A DNA stretch of 64,000 bases from Raja brachyura (lineage: Eukaryota): NCBI GenBank assembly GCA_963514005.1, contig OY740808.1:2108001-2172000 (forward strand), read 5' to 3'. Positions 61,211 through 64,000 of this stretch are shown one piece after another (the stretch's first letter is position 1; each line of letters begins with the position of its first letter). The position numbers were made by a program, and so were the translations under genes. The notes beneath the pieces are model-generated. The model did no database searches, was not told where the DNA came from, and worked only from the letters and a program-made list of their open reading frames with translations.

Positions 61211-64000
61211 TCAGTATGAAGAATAAATAAGCCCAAGTTTGCAATGTGCAGCTCGACCAGAATCTCTCTGTAAATACAACAGAAAATAGATACTGGAATG
61301 AATTGTGTTATCCATACTTGTTTCTTGAGGGATATTGGTCAATAAGTTAATTGAAAGCAGATCTTGATGTTTTAATGGTGTCATATCTTTGGAGTTTCTA
61401 AAAGGTGATGTTTATAAAAGGTGATTTTGCTTAGCAGCTGTGGACTATTATTCCTCGTCGCCATTAAAATCAAGCTGAAGATGCTCATTGTCACTTATTT
61501 GGCAAAGCCACCTGTACTTTAAACTCTTAAGGCATAATTTAATAATCTCACATAGATTCCTAAAAAAAAAGTGAAATCCGTTTACAATGAGCAAATGTTA
61601 TTCATTATTATTGGGGACACTCGGGCACTAATAATTGAATGAACTATCACATTTAGAATTACCTTTTAAGTATTTTGCAGCATAAATGTGAGTTAGTTAA
61701 TAAACCTGACGACCTTGCACTTTTGCCTTTTAATATCACCACTGGACTTTCATGGTACCTATAGGTACAGTATATACAGTAATTACATGCCACAATAATG
61801 CTCTCAGGGACCAAATACTGATGTAATGGTTTAGTTTCCACTTTTGGAGCATGAGCATGCATTAATTGAAAAGATTAATAACTTTCTGTTTAGGGAATGG
61901 GAGACAAAATCAATTCCTCAGGTCAGAATGGGAAATGCATATTGTTGCTTCTCATTTATTTCCTATCTACTAATGCTGCTACTATGGTACAGTTTGAGTA
62001 TAAACTATTTGCCTATGATATACTTTAGTGAAATACTACTAATAAATTGCAGTACAAGGTTGCCTTTTAGAAATCAAAAGGATTAGCATAATATTGGATA
62101 AAATAAGATATTTTCAAAGGAACACCTAACATTCCAATACTCAAGAAGGACAAAATTGTCAAGAATCTTGAATCCAGTTATTGTGTGATCCCATTAATTT
62201 TAGAACATTGATCAATATTTTACTGATAGAAATAAAATGGAGGAGTACTTGTTTATTGTTGTTCATTGGAGAAATTTGGGCTAAGTTATTTCCAGTGATT
62301 TAGTATAGTTTATTGTCACGTGTACTAAGGTACAGTGAAAAGCTTTTGTTGCGTGCTAACCAGTCAATGGTCAATTTAAATGAAGATAGACGCAATGCTG
62401 GAGTAACTCAATGGGACAGGCAGCATCTTTGGAGAGAGGAATGGGTGACATTTTGGGTCGAGGCCCTTCTTCAGACTGATGCATTTAAATGAGATGCATC
62501 ATAGACCTGTTTCTTTGGAAATAACTACTGGTACTTTTTTATGTTTAATGTCTAATGTGTACACTCCACATTCAAATACCCAAAGCAATATGAACCTATT
62601 CCTGATAAATGGCCAAATGTGTATCTGATCCAATTTTAAGCTAATCTTTTGTTCACAAACACTTATTCTGAAAACTTGAGTGTGATTGCCCCAAACCAAA
62701 TAAAGTAGATTTCAAAACTTTGTGTGCATCAATGCTGATTCTATTGGGTTTTTTTTCCCTTGGATTTTGATTAGAATTCCATTTTTTGCCTCGTCCATGG
62801 TACATTCGAAGATTGCATGACTCTGCCTTTGCCCATGTGGTCTTGATAGTTAAACATAGCTGGCAGTTCTTCAGAAGATCCTCGCATCTGCAGTGAAACT
62901 GTCATAAGTTTAGAAAAATAAAGCAGATGTAGAGAAAGCAAAGAATTAAAGCACCAAAAACATTTTTTGCTAACCACCCCAAATGATGCCAAATGAATGT
63001 TACATTTATGCCGCATTCATTATTGTATTGGTATTGACATTTTTCAATTAAAGTCTTAATGGCAACCAGCCTCTGGAACCATGATCTTGAAAATATGTTG
63101 TGCAACTAGTGTTACTGTAAGATGGTATTTAGGGTGTTTTACTTTAAATTAACATGGGCTCATAATAAGTCTAAAGCTCCACCCTATTGTAGTCATCTAT
63201 ATTTTCCAACATGACACATTTTAAAACGTTACATGAGTGTTTGCAAACTCTGTACAGGGCATTTACGGTGTTAGCTGGCTGACTATCTTAAGTACATAAA
63301 AAGAATAACTAAATCTGTTGGCAGCTGTTGAATAATAAATTAGCTTGATGCACTGATTCACCTCGGGAAAGTACTTCAAATGTTAATGTTCCTTACAGAT
63401 GTGAACAAGGAACAAAACACATGGAAAGGATTGCTAATTACTGCATCAAAGTAAAATGTGTCCCCTGATCTTTCCCTGTATGATCTCTGATGATTGCATG
63501 GTTTGAACTAGCTAACAAAAATGAACCAAAAGGCCCTGGTGCCTGATAGCATTTATACAACATCTGTGGTAGAATAACTGATATTTGATTTCCTCTTTTA
63601 AAAATGATTAAGCTATAAATATTCACTATTTTTCAACATTGATGTTTATCTGGTTTCCTATTTAACCCTGACGTTTGACATTCCCATCGATGAAGAATTA
63701 AACTGATTGGATGAGATGTGACCAAACTTTGCACGATCTTGAAAAATCAATTGTTGACTGAGCTGGATATATTAGATGGCTTTGACCAATTTGAAAGTAT
63801 TTTAACTACAGTATGGTAGTCTTCCTGCACAAAGCTCTATGCTTTCTCAAGTTTGTGAGCTATGTGGAATTGTTCCCCTTCCATTATTATTTTGAAGCAG
63901 GAATGTGTATATGGAGATAGAAAGCTCCAGCTATCATTGGAATTCTTGAGTATAAATCACCCATACGGCAAACTGCAACATAGGCACACAAATGGCTTTG

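Overview
AT-rich, repeat-dense vertebrate genomic DNA, almost certainly from a cartilaginous fish (skate/ray-like). This is inferred from HE1-type V-SINEs, CR1/HER1 LINEs, SacSINE-like SINEs, Rex1/Babar LINEs and Neptune-type Penelope elements. The window appears to be almost entirely intronic. I can support one coding exon (24951-24999, +, ASDVGSEKLFSPAAIK), which matches the short phase-0/phase-1 exon of the AUTS2/FBRSL1 family and is closest to FBRSL1. The longer ORFs are retroelement remnants (CR1 RT, Rex1 RT, Gypsy RT, Penelope GIY-YIG) or noise. The most striking system is a family of about 20 short non-autonomous elements derived from the Penelope terminal repeat. They carry a minimal hammerhead-ribozyme-like core (CUGAAGA-A-stem-loop-GAAA-CGU[U/C]) and often insert as fold-back palindromes flanked by 9-15 bp target-site duplications. 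Other items of note: candidate microexon and poison exons, several nested DNA-transposon MITEs, a 44-bp inverted duplication of apparently unique sequence, and TE-free blocks that may be conserved enhancers. Family names come from recalled consensus features, not database searches. Repeat boundaries are approximate unless a TSD is given.
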